64,000 nt of DNA from Azolla caroliniana (lineage: Eukaryota; Plantae; Polypodiophyta): positions 6,572,001 to 6,636,000 of the forward strand of contig JBHGNT010000021.1 of assembly GCA_043228905.1 (NCBI GenBank), read 5' to 3'. Position 1 is the first letter of the stretch, and each line of letters starts with the position of its first letter. A model generated the notes under the pieces. The model saw nothing but the letters and a program-made list of their open reading frames with translations. It had not been told where the DNA came from and searched no databases. The position numbers and the translations under genes are program-made. Of this stretch, positions 48,001 through 59,689 are shown piece by piece.

Positions 48001-51000
48001 CTCTGACACACTTACAATGCAAGGAGAAAGAAAGAAAGAAAGAAAGATATATTAACGTCTTTTAAGAGCCCAAAATGGCCTATAAGACCAACTAAGAGAT
48101 TACATCTTGAGTGTTTTCTCGTATTTGAGAACAAATCAAAATAAAATAAATATTACACAGTAAATATAAAAGTAAATAAGATGAAAAGACAAGAAACGAG
48201 GGAATCTGGTTTTTGGCACATGTGAGATTCTAAAGTTAGGTATATTGTAGCTTTTGTCTTCGAAAGATCTCTAGCATAGGTCAATCCAGAATGGAAATGT
48301 CTCCAAAGCAAGGGAAGCACCTACGATGGCGGGAGATAATGGCTTTTATTTGTCGAGGTCGTGGTCCATGGGGCCAGGGCCTACGTGCACGGCAAATTGC
48401 TATTGCCGATTCAATTGTAACCCCTTTGTTATGTCCTGGTCTGGGGCCCATTTGTGTATCCCTTGATGGACTTGTAGCATTAGTAGGAATGATGGGGCTA
48501 TGATTGTTCTTTGTGGATGAGCTTGTGTGGTTGTATTCTTCAACAACTTTTCTCGATGTCTCTTGAGCTCTAGCAAGAAAAGTCCTAGGCATCGTTGGTC
48601 CTCATATTCCATTACCTTGCGTAGTGGGCCAAAGCCTTGTTTAAAGAGGCAATGGTATCTCCCTCTGATTTCATAAAAGACACTACAATGACAAACATAG
48701 TGTTCCTTAGATTCCACTCCTTGATGACACAATTGGCAAATTCTCTCTTCTAGAGGTAGTCGTGCATATCTGCCTACCCTAATCTGTAGCTGATGTGATG
48801 AAGTTCGCAGCTGACCTATCACACTACGCAGCACATAGGATAGATGTATGTCCATATAAGGTGGCCTAATAACGAATCCATCCTCCGATGTATGTAAGAA
48901 GTGTCTTATAGTGGGCCATCTTTGTACCAAGTGGTATTTTGGGGTTGATCCATGTTATCTTGTTGTCCAAGTTAATAATATCAGTTCGGATCACTTTGTT
49001 CTTTTCCACTTTGGTCATATTTAGATGGGGACAGTCCAAGCTATATTGGAACGGGGGTAGTGCATTTATACTCATGCCATGTGACTCGAACCATTGCTGC
49101 ATTTCCGAATACCAACAATGAGTGTCTCCATTTTCAACCAGTTGTCTTGATGACATAAGTGCCAACCTTGGGTACCTTCGTTTAGGGAGCTCCCAAAGAC
49201 GTTGGATAAATGTCACTGATCGGAACAATGCCTCGGTTATTATAGGTGCTGCTCCCATCTTTGCCCGGATTATATTGTGGGGCACCGATGCTTTGCTCCT
49301 TATCATGCGAGCAATCATTGACACTAAAGGTCTCTCTAAATCTTTCCAATGATTTTCCTTGTTAAGACTCGGTCCCCATGTTTCTACTCCATAGAGAAGA
49401 GTTGGTGTGACTAGTGTATCAAATAACCATAACTTAGTCCGTGGCTCTTGGAATTGCAAATGTGCACATTGTCTCTCAAGAGCACCAAGGGCTGCATATC
49501 CACGAGAAAGTCGGGCACATGCAGCCTCCTGTAAGGAGAACCTAGGTCCTGTAAATGTTACTCCTAGGTATGTGTAGGAGCGTGTGTATTCCACCTGTTC
49601 CTCTCCCAAGAAGAATTCTGGTTATGATCTTGTTACCCATGCTTGAGTGGTGTTAAACACCATCACTTTAGTTTTGTCCATGTTGATTGACAAACCTTTG
49701 TCCGTACAAAATAGTTTTAAGGCATTTAGATGTCTTTGTAGTCATTCTGGAGAGTCAAAAATCAGCACAATTTCATCAGCATATAGTAATATTTGTATAG
49801 CTATACCTGCTAGGCGTGCTCTGGAACCCCCGAATCTCTCTATGTAATGTGATACCTCACCTATATAGAGACCGAAGAGAGTGGGGGATAGTGGGCATCC
49901 TTGCTTCACTCCAATTGTGCTAGCCACCGCCTCTGACAAGCCCTTGGAAGACCGGACTTTTCCTGACACGGATTCATAGAGTGCATAGATTCCCCATTGC
50001 ATATATGTAGGAACACCAAGGGCTTCTAGACGCTGCATAAGCCGTGCACGTGGCACAGTGTCAAAGGCTTTTCGGAAATCCACAAAGCCGCAATAAATCC
50101 TCTTATTGTGTGGGGTTTGCTCTCCTCAATAAGGGCCCGGAGGGTGAATATGTGATCCAAAGTTGTGAACCCCTTCCGAAAGCATGCCTGTCCAACTGAA
50201 CAGCAGCCATTCTGATCTGCCCATATACTCAATTCTGATTCTAGAATCGACCCATATAGTTTAGCCAAGTAATGGCCAATCATGATTGTCCTATAGTTGC
50301 TTGGCATCATGGGGTCTCCACTCTTCAAGATTGGCACAATGGTATGCTGAGTCCATCTAGTAGGGAAACATTCACACATGGCTCTATTAAAGATGTGTGC
50401 TATCAATGGGACCAAGGTGTCACGGGCATAGATAAAGTGCTCACCCACCAATCCATCATTATCTTGGGCCTTCCCAAATTGTAGCCGATCAATGGCATTT
50501 CTTACATTTTGTGGAGAGAAAGAAAAGCAGTGCATATAATGAGACTCAAACCAAAAGACCTATGAGAAAAAACTGCATACCCAAACACATGCATTGGTTC
50601 ACAACTGCATCAAGCTTCTCTAGGAACAAGAGATACAGCAAGGAACCGAAATGAAAAATTCCTATCTGCACCATCTAGAGGAGCAAATTCTGTGGATCCA
50701 CAACTCAGCAGTATGAGTCCATCACTAACAGTGATGATTAACATAGAACCAATGAGCAAACATTTAGGGAGAGTCTATAAAAGAGTCACAGAAGCTAACC
50801 CTTGAAATTAGACTTCAATTGCTACAATGGATTTCAGTCCATATATTGTATGGTTATTAACATTTACCTCTCCAGAAACTTCTCATTGAGTTAACCATCT
50901 TCATAAGACAGAGAGGATTTGAACTATACTAAGCTCACAATCTGAAACCTCCAACATACTGATATGCCAATACTCACAGGTTTCACATGGTCAATGGAAT

Positions 51001-52666
51001 GGATTTTCAGGTAGATGCAATAAAATAGATAAATCTATAATATAGGTCTAACAACATCAAGAATTTAGAGGTAGAGAAAAACATAGAAATCGAAGACTGG
51101 TAGCAGAGATGCATCCTGCATGTGATCAGGATTTGCAAATGTGATGGAAGCAAGAAAGGAATAGAAAATATAGATAGGAAAATTCAAAACTGGAATTTTT
51201 ACAAAAGACAAAGGATTCATTAGTGTTAAATGGAATTTTCCTAACAATTTTCCGGTTAAGATGAACAAAGAACAACAATAAAAAGTACACACAGAAAGAG
51301 TTCCAAGGGGGTTGTGCATGGTTTTCTAGAATATATTGCATTGAGGTAATACTTGAGTGTGTATCCCTACATATAAAAAAGAAAGAACGCCAGATCAAGA
51401 AAGCCTATCTCTTATGTCCATTGTGTTCTGAAGAAACCCACACACTCAATCCACAAATATTAAGGATTCAGCAGAAAAATCATATGAACGAAGTTAAGAA
51501 GTTAGTGGGTGTAATTCATAAGTAGGTAGTTATGTAGTTATAGGAATCCAAAGATATGAACAATTCGGCTAAAAGATCATAGAAAGTTAAGAATTTACTG
51601 GAAATAATTCATCAGTTGTATGCAGGATTCTCTTTTGAATGCTACATTAGCATGAACAAATGACATATCACCCTGAATTAGTAGAAGGATTCTTATGGGT
51701 GCATATTGTGTTCTAAGTATAACTGTGTCATTAAATGTACTATTTAAACAATTAAGACAGTCATTAAGTTCACCCTGAATGCTCAAAATGGGAGACCAAG
51801 GATAATCCACAAGCCAAGGTGACAGCTAGATAATTCATCTGACTGTTCTACTGGGAAAATTTCCCCTTACGACTTGAATAACCCATCCATGTAAACACAT
51901 GTATCCATATGTGCATATAATTGTTGCCGAATACCCAAAACCTGTTGGGTTTTTCACACTACTGAAGCTTGAGCCAACAACTCGAACATTATGAAGCACA
52001 AGCTTTATCACAAGACCCAGCATGTAAACGGACTCTCATTCATCATTAAATGCATATATAAATAAATCAGACCCACATAATTGAGAAGAAGGGGGGTGAA
52101 GTGGCCATAAACTAACCCAGAAAATAGCACATAAAATTTGCTCTTAGGGTGGAGGTATTAACAGAAATAACAAAAATGTTACAGGAATTTGAAGAAACAA
52201 AGAAATAACTTATTAGTATCTCCAAAAATAATAACAATTGTACCAGCATTTTGAGAAAATGGCGAAAAAACACATGGATATGTTCAAAAAATGATGGAAA
52301 CATTTAGGGACATTTGAGGAAATGAAATTGAAGCTCCAGAGCATTTCAAAAGAACAAAATTTACAAATGTGAGAAGAAAAAAAGTGTACCTGGGCCTGTG
52401 TCATTGGCAATTGTGCCAGTGACCACAAAGATCCCAGCTCCAATGGAAGCTCCGATCCCAAGCAAGATAAGGTCTAACATGCCCAATCGTCGATCGAGTT
52501 TCTCTCCTGAGGAGGAAGAAGAAGGAATAATCGGCGCAGGTCGAAGCGAAGATTCTTCTTCCGAGTCTGGGGAGAGCGATGCCGTGGCAATGTGCTTGGA
52601 TCGCAGGGCAGAGCGTGTGAAGTTCTGCCACCATGAAGAATGTTGTGGGGTATGCTTTGGTGCCAT
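45016..52666 (-). CDS. CAT9: Cationic amino acid transporter, CAT9-like (APC superfamily), 8 exons, 585 aa
   Basis: Exons 52666-52390, 47718-47306, 46693-46517, 46412-46188, 46062-45886, 45782-45546, 45371-45282, 45177-45016; GT-AG introns with consistent phases (1758 nt); motifs GIGASIGAGIFVVTG, LCYAELSSRFP, FAYVGFDAVANSAEE, RLYLGLGRDGLLP, LHWEAWVRF. Confidence 0.93.
46745..46957. repeat. Intronic tandem repeat of about 77 bp (two near-identical copies plus one diverged)
   Basis: TATCAGATATTCTTAAATAGAATACGTCTGACTAGG...CCCTAACTAACCTTGTCCG at about 46802 and 46879. Confidence 0.9.
48024..50525 (-). mobile_element. 5'-truncated LINE (RTE/RTE-X-like) in CAT9 intron 1
   Basis: Non-LTR RT motifs (NYRTI, Q.CFRKG, DFRKAFD, GVKQGCPLSPTLF, LYADE, YTYLG); C-terminal LRTSSHQL...CQLC...HYVCHC; (TTTC)n tail; candidate TSD GAGAAAGAAA at 48024-48033 and 50516-50525. 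Confidence 0.9.
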
Positions 52667-53059
52667 GGATTCAAAGCTATACTTAGAATGGAAATTGGAG
52701 GAGGAGAGGAAAAACAGAAGGGATCTCTACTCTGTTACTTCTTTGAAACTTTCCTTTAATATTCCACTTATGTATTGCCTTGCAAGCCTTAGCACATTCA
52801 ATCCTCCCGTACCATAGTATGAACCATACGTACCATACGAGTATGGTAAACACCCTTAAAGAATGGTAAATACCATTCTTTTGGATTAACTATTTATTAT
52901 GAGGTAAATAAACCTTAAAAAAGGGAAAATAAAACAAAAATAATAATCTTAAAGAAAGGGTGAAAAAAAAACACAAGAATGTTTAAATAACATTCGCATT
53001 CGTTTTCCAACGTAAAAACGAATGTTATGCTAGACAAACACAAATTTTGCATACTATGC

Positions 53060-54900
53060 TCCAAGGTAAGCTGGAAAAAGATATTATTGAGCCATCAACT
53101 AGCGAGTGGGTATCAAAACCCCATTTAGTTTGCAAAGAAGATGGATCATTCTGATTTTGCATCGATTTCAGACAATTAAATAAGGTGACGAAGCATGAGA
53201 GCTATCCACTTCCTAGGATTGACGATGTACTCGACTAGTTAGGACACTCAAGATATTTCACATCCTTGGACCTGCCTTCTAGATACTGGCAGATTCCCCT
53301 ATGCAAAGAAGACAAGCACAAGACAACATTTCGAACACAATACAAATTGCTTCAGTTTAAACACATGCCATTTGGACTATCAGATGTTAGCAACACATTT
53401 TAGAGGATGGCAAACAGTATTTCCAGGACCTGATTTTTCAAGGCGTTGTTTTGGTCTATGTAGATGACATATTGATTCACACAGATAGATGGCCAAAACA
53501 CATTATGATATTACGTGAAGTCCTCCTCCGCATTCAAAAATACATCCTACAATTGCAATTCAAGAAATGCAAGTGGGGTGCAACAACACTACGATTTTTA
53601 GGGTTCATGATATCAGAACAAGGAATACAATTATTCAACAACTGAAAAGGAGTTTTTAGTCGTGGCATGGTCGTTTCAGAAATTCCATCCATACCTACAT
53701 GGCAGAATGGTGCAGGTAGAGATAGATCATCAACCATTGATATCCCTAATTCAAAAGACACAACCACCAGGAAGACTACTTCGTTGGGTTCTGGCTTTGC
53801 AAGAGTATAAATTCACGATGATCAATAGGCGTGGCCAATCCGATGTCGTGGTGGATGCCCTCTCACGGATGGAATATCAAGCTGCTCAAGTAAGTGCGAC
53901 TGATCTTCCGCTACATCAACATCAAATAAAACAAATGCAACAACAAGACCCAACAATCAAAGAAATTATCCTACAAATTCAGGCGAGTCATGATGCACAA
54001 CTAAATCGAAATTTTATCATGATTGACAATGTTCTATATTATGTAAGTCAAGGATGTCCACCACGATTGTATGTCCCCGTAGCATTGCGAGCGACATACC
54101 TTGACTTCTATCACAACCACCAACTATCTGGCCATTTCGGTTTCCATAAACTTCTCCATGAAATACGCTCCATGTACTATTGGCTGAAGTTGCGACAATT
54201 CATATTGGTGTTCCTCCAATCATGCGCCACGTGTTAGGTTGTGACGAGTCCGCAATCCACGGGTGGATCACTGACACCGATCACGATGAAGGAACCCTTC
54301 GAGATGGTCAGTTGGGACCTCATGGGGCCATTTCTAGTTTCACTCCATGGCAACAGATACATATTAATGATCACGGATTACCTGACTCGTTGGTGTGAGG
54401 TCGTTGCTCTACCTGATTCAACGACAAGTACAGTAACAAAGGCCCTACTACAACACATCATTTTCCCCCATGGGTGTCCACAACAACTCCCCAAAGTGAA
54501 GTTCTCAAAGTACTCGCACAAAGTTTAGGGATCAAGCAATTATTTACCTCACCATACCATCCCCAAACTAATGGGTTCACAAAAAGGATGAACAAAACTA
54601 TAAAACAAGTGATAGTCGTGGGATCAGGTACTTTCATTTGCGGTACATGCTTACAACACTTCTGTTCAAGAATCAACTCAGGTGAGTCCATTTTGAGCAT
54701 TGTATGGCAGGGATCCACGACTTCCACCAGACCCACAGGTCGTCAAGATACACACCAATCACACGGATGCAACATCATGGTGGTTATACCTACAATCCGA
54801 CACTCCTCTCCTCCGACGAGCAGTCCAATACAACCTTAATAAGGCACAACAACGTCAAAAGAAACATTTCGACGCCACACATCAGCCAGGAGAATTGGAA
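53060..54900 (+). mobile_element. Heavily decayed Ty3/gypsy pol (RT-RH-INT), no LTRs seen
   Basis: IEPSTSEW, FCIDFRQLN, YPLPRIDD, MPFGL, VYVDD, DHQPL, RWVLALQEY, H..GHFG, CATC, DLMGPF, YHPQTNG; many stops and deletions. Confidence 0.9.
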
Positions 54901-55665
54901 ATTGGGAAATTTGGTTCTAACGTGTACATCACAATATTTTTATATTTATTATAAAAATATGATTAGTGTGAAGTCCCATTTTTAATATCAAATAAAAATA
55001 TCCATAAATTTTGGGAGAATAAAAAGTGAGGAATTAATGAAGCTTTATTTTATTTTATTTATTTATTAAAAATAAAACGAATACTTTTACATTTATTAGA
55101 AAATTTTATTAGTGTCAAGTCCCTCTTTTATTGTCCCATTTTTATTGTCAAGTCCCCTTTTTTCTTTTTTTTAAACGAATACTTGACCATGCATTCGTAT
55201 ATGTATTCGTTTGCATTTGTTATCGGTTAGGAACATGGTCCACCCTTAGTCCTTCGGGGTGGATTTCAAGGTGATCGTGGTGCAAGGGGAATAGGGATGC
55301 GTAGTGCATGTACTTCGTAAGACGCAAGGGAGATGGCAACAACTGAACCTCCAATGACGCGTAGTTACACAATGCGTACTTACCTTACGCTTACTGCTAT
55401 GCGGTCTTGTACAAAGAACGAGGAATGAGAACAAGAGATCAATAAACAGAATACAAATATCAAAGAAGATAGAACTATATTAAAATGACACTCCCCAAAA
55501 TACGCTAGCCCAAGTTACAATGGTCTTTTGCCCCTTATATACACAGGGCTTCTAATCGGTTATGCTCCCTGCATAAAACCGTTACACGCGTTACTTTAAC
55601 GCTCCAAATATAATACTCTATTTTCCATGCGTTATGTTCAGCGGTTACAATTCCGGTGGACAACA

Positions 55666-55707
55666 CTTGGCACGCATGTGGCATAATGCCATGGCATGTC
55701 GAACCCA
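55666..55707 (-). other. Second copy of the tRNA-like / inverted-PBS segment at the PPT position
   Basis: Minus strand TGGGTTCGA-CATGCCATGGCATT-ATGCCACATGCGTGCCA-AG abuts the LTR; 34/42 identical to 9278-9319 with no indels. Confidence 0.7.
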
Positions 55708-55746
55708 TACACTTCCTATTCGTCACCCAAAATGTCGAGGATGTTC

Positions 55747-55950
55747 GGCTCCGTTCGTTCACCATGCATCGGAGACGACATGATGTCCGTAGGTGCTTCG
55801 TTGGTACGCTTGGCCGGTGCGTCGGTTTCCGTGCTGTCCTCGTTACGCGGCTCCGTTCGTTCGCCATGCACCGAAGACGACGTGATGTCTGTAGGTGCTT
55901 CGTTGGTACGCTTGGGCAATGCGTTAGTTTCCGTGTTGTCCTCTTCACGC
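55747..55950 (-). repeat. 102-bp in-frame tandem duplication (34 aa) in the extra-ORF tail
   Basis: TETNALPKRTNEAPTDITSSSVHGERTEP and TETDAPAKRTNEAPTDIMSSPMHGERTEP. Confidence 0.9.
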
Positions 55951-58432
55951 AACGTGGTCGGGGCTGGTTCGGTTGGTACGCTGTCTGGGACTTGCCTCTG
56001 TGGGTTTGGTGATGGCTCTTTTAGGCGTAGGCTATTGTCGGGTCGTTGCTCTTCTGTGCCTCCCTCCTCCGAGGGATTTCTTAGTGTTGTTGTTACCTCA
56101 GGTCCGTCATTTGGGTTAGGTTGGATCTTGTTTTGTTGGGTGAAGTCGTTGTTTGACATTGTTATTGCTTCTACACTTTTCAATTCCTTCGTCTCCTGGT
56201 TCTCGTTGTCGATCTCCATTAGCTGGCGGAAGGTGTCTTCTTGACTTTCCCCAAAATCTTCTAGCAGTTGTGTGAGTTCTTCGGAGTGCTGGTCGGCTAG
56301 CGTTCGATAATCCTGCGCGAGGTCCTCTCGTACCGCCGCAATGCTTTCCTCATTTATCTTGTAGAACCCTCTGCCTTCTTTGCGTCGGTTCTCCCAGTCC
56401 ACCCAGTAGGTGTGCAATTCCGTTGCTTGCGTAGTTCACGCCGCCCATCCTTTGTCCACCGTTGCTTTCAACTGCGTTGTAAACAACTCACGATTTGTTT
56501 GAAGGAGGACGTGTATATTGTCCGTTAGTGTTTGGGAGCGGGCTTGCGCTTTGTCCAGGGCCTTCTTGAGGTTTTCGATTTTACGCTTATTGGCCATCGT
56601 CGCTTCCTCATAGCAACTCTTCACCTTTGCCCATATCTAGGACTCCTTTAAGTGTAGTTCTTCGAGGCGGCCCATTTCATTGTTTAGGCGGATTTCTACT
56701 TGATGCGTCTATTCATGTTCATGCACAATTTGTTTGTCGTACCATACTTTCTTCTTTTCTAATAACTCTTGAAACCCCGTAATGACGACCTTTGTCTTCT
56801 TTGCTTCCTCATGTAGCTTTCTCCTTTCTTCTTTTGTGATGGTATGTGCTGCTATCTTTGCCTCGAGCTTATCTTCAAGTGCTTTGACCACCCTTCGTCC
56901 TTTTGCCCTGATATCTGCTTCTCTGTCTGATGATTGACGGAGTACTGCACGGAGTTGGTCGATCTCGATCTCAACTAAATGCGTAGCCTTTTTTGCATTT
57001 GCGGCTATGGCGGTTTGAGCCTCAACCTCCTCCCGTAAAGTCATCAACTCGTTATCATTGGAAGTAGGTCTGGGGATTTGTTGCGCCGCATTTGTATTGG
57101 CCTCCAATTGTGCAATGCGTTCTGCTACCTTATCTAGTTGATCCTGAGTCAGCTTGATTGTCTTCCATACATTTTTATTTTTAATAGCCATATCCAGCCA
57201 TATTCAATGGAGGTAATTCAATCCCTATACAGCGAACCCCGGCATTACGGTGCCTGCCCACCTTGGCTAGTGGGACCTCATCCTCGCTTTCTGTTGTTCT
57301 TGTTAGCGCACGCTGTCGTGAAGATTTTCGGCAATGGTGTGAAAATCGTATAAAACATACGAAATCGAGTATGAATCATATAAACCAATAATAGTGAAAA
57401 TACTATTTTAAATCATTTTAATATTTAATACAAAAAGATGGAGGTCTTCAAGAGCTTTCGAATGCACTTTACTACATAAGAAACATACATCTAAGTCTCA
57501 AGTTATGTGGGTAAGAAATTTGCAAAGGAAAAGAGAAAGATAAAACTGTGAGATATCCCACATAGATAGGACAAATAAGGATCTCACCATATATAAGGCA
57601 GGGCAAAAGCTATTATCTTTGTGTCTATGTGTGGAGCATAGAGAGTTTGAGGTGACTTGAACTCTAATTGGATGAGTGGGTGTGGCCTAGCTACTTGTAA
57701 AAGACTTTGGCCAACCAAAATCGGCGACCGGCAAGTGACATGGGATGTAGACCGAACCGGATCGGTTGGGTCGGTTGATCGCAGTGCATGGCGTCTTAAA
57801 GATATTTGGTCCAAAAGCCTAATAGTATTTTATGCATAAAAGAAAAAGATGTAAGCAAGACTCGAACTTAACACCTCCAAGATAGGAAGCAATAGGCTTA
57901 CCATTAAGCCAAACCATTTCTTTAGGGATTATGGTTTTATCATTATATCTTTACATATAAATTCTCATGTGTGAGAGCTTAGATGATGACATGGCATGCA
58001 TGCATTCTATGCATGTCTCGGAGCCTCACATGCACCATATGCATGGGGGCATCTATAAAAGAGTGGAGGAATCAAGCAAAAAGGGGATTCTTATTAAGAA
58101 AACTTCGTACTTTATATCAAAATTAATATTAAGAAGAAATTTTATTCCAAGCAATGTATTAATCAAGAAATTAAAAGTAAGAAATTCGTTATCCAAAAAA
58201 ATAAATAAATTATCAAGCAAGCTTTGTACTTTATATCTAAAATTAATATTAAGAAGAAAATTCGTTATCCTTTTGATGATATACCTTGTTCTTTAAATCT
58301 AAAGTCAAGAGTTCAATCTTAATCTCTCTCTCAATCTAAAATCAAGCATTCTATCTTATCTCAATCTCTCTCTCTTTCAATCTAACTTAAATCCTTTCTC
58401 GTTAAAGCTAGTGCAACTTCGAGTCCTTCCGG

Positions 58433-59689
58433 TGTCGTGTGAATCTTCACACATTATGTAAAAAAATAATGAAATAATTATTATAGATTAGATTAGTAGC
58501 TTACTATAGAAAGATGGATATACTCAAGAGCTTCAAAATGTATTTTACTATATACAAAATGGAGAAATACATATCAAGTTATATGAAAATAAAGTTTGAG
58601 AAGATAGAGAAATTAGAACTATCCCACATAGATAGGAAACTTAAGGCCCTGGCTATATAAGCACCTTGAGCTCCCTCATTTGTCATTTGTTCTAAGAGCA
58701 CTTTGGCCACTTTGTCTTGATAGATGATGGTGGCCAAATTCCCTAAATCCGGAAACCAGCCGGTAAGCAAATCCGGAAAACAGGTCCGGTAAGAAAATCC
58801 GGAAACCGGCCGGTATGCAAACCGGAAACTGGCCGGTATGCAAAACTGGAACCGGCAAACAAGCAAAACCGGAACCGGTCGGTAAGCAAAACTGGAACAG
58901 GTATACAAGCTGGAAACCGGCCGGTAAGCAAAACCGGAACCGGAACTGGTCGACAAACAAAATCTGAACCAGCCGGCAAGCAAAACCGGAACCAGCCAGC
59001 AAGCAAAATGGAACCAGCTACCGGACGAGGTTGGACGCGGACGGACGGAAGATTGGAGTGCATGCAAAAAGTAAAGGTCATGTAGACGGTCACATGCAAC
59101 TAAAAGAAAAAGCCATGCAACTAAAAGAAAAAGCTAGGCAACTAAAAGTAGAGGCCATGCAACAAAAAGTGGAAAGGCTATGATTAAGGGAGAACTCTAT
59201 ATATATTCCATTTTTTTTTGTTACACGAAGGCTCTCTCGATATGATATATTTCTTTTTCTTTTCCTTCTCAACTCCCTTATCTTAGGGAAGTAATATCTC
59301 TCATAAACCCTAACTTCCTTACAGAATCCAAAAACCCTAATCTTCCCTACGAAAGCCATAAAACTCAAAAACGCTAATCTTCCCTACGGAAGCCATAATA
59401 CTCATATAACCATAATCTCTTATCAAAGCCAAGAACCCTAAATCTCTATGGAATCCATATCTTAGTTTCTTCTAATCTATTATTCTAGCAATCTCCTTAA
59501 GATAAAACTTTTGTAATCTCAATCTTGAGATTGATTGTAATCTTTCTTTCCCTTTATTAATGAAATTTGTGAATCTTTATCATTTTGTATTAATTGTTTA
59601 ATATAAACGCACGAATGTGAATATCTTCCGGTTGGAGGCCCCGGGGTCCTGCCTCAACGTTCACATATCCTCGTTGTATTTTCGCGACA
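58433..59689 (+). mobile_element. Nested solo LTR (1257 bp)
   Basis: TGTCGTG...CGCGACA termini; perfect 4-bp TSD CCGG at 58429-58432 and 59690-59693; the outer LTR sequence resumes afterwards. Confidence 0.88.
58748..59025. repeat. Minisatellite of about 12 degenerate units of about 23 bp inside the nested LTR
   Basis: Consensus CCGGAA(A)CCGGCCGGTAAGCAAAA; followed by four 21-bp ATGCAACTAAAAGAAAAAGCC-like units at about 59094-59178. Confidence 0.9.

Noticed and set aside
48024-50525. RT as a group II intron, retron or DGR component
   Set aside because: The motifs, C-terminal CCHC, 5' truncation and simple-repeat tail are those of an ordinary LINE.
58748-59025. Array of about 23-bp repeats as a possible CRISPR array
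   Set aside because: The units are contiguous and degenerate with no unique spacers, there are no cas genes, and the array lies inside a eukaryotic LTR.
58579-59099. Three overlapping repetitive minus-strand ORFs
   Set aside because: A by-product of the stop-free minisatellite in the LTR.
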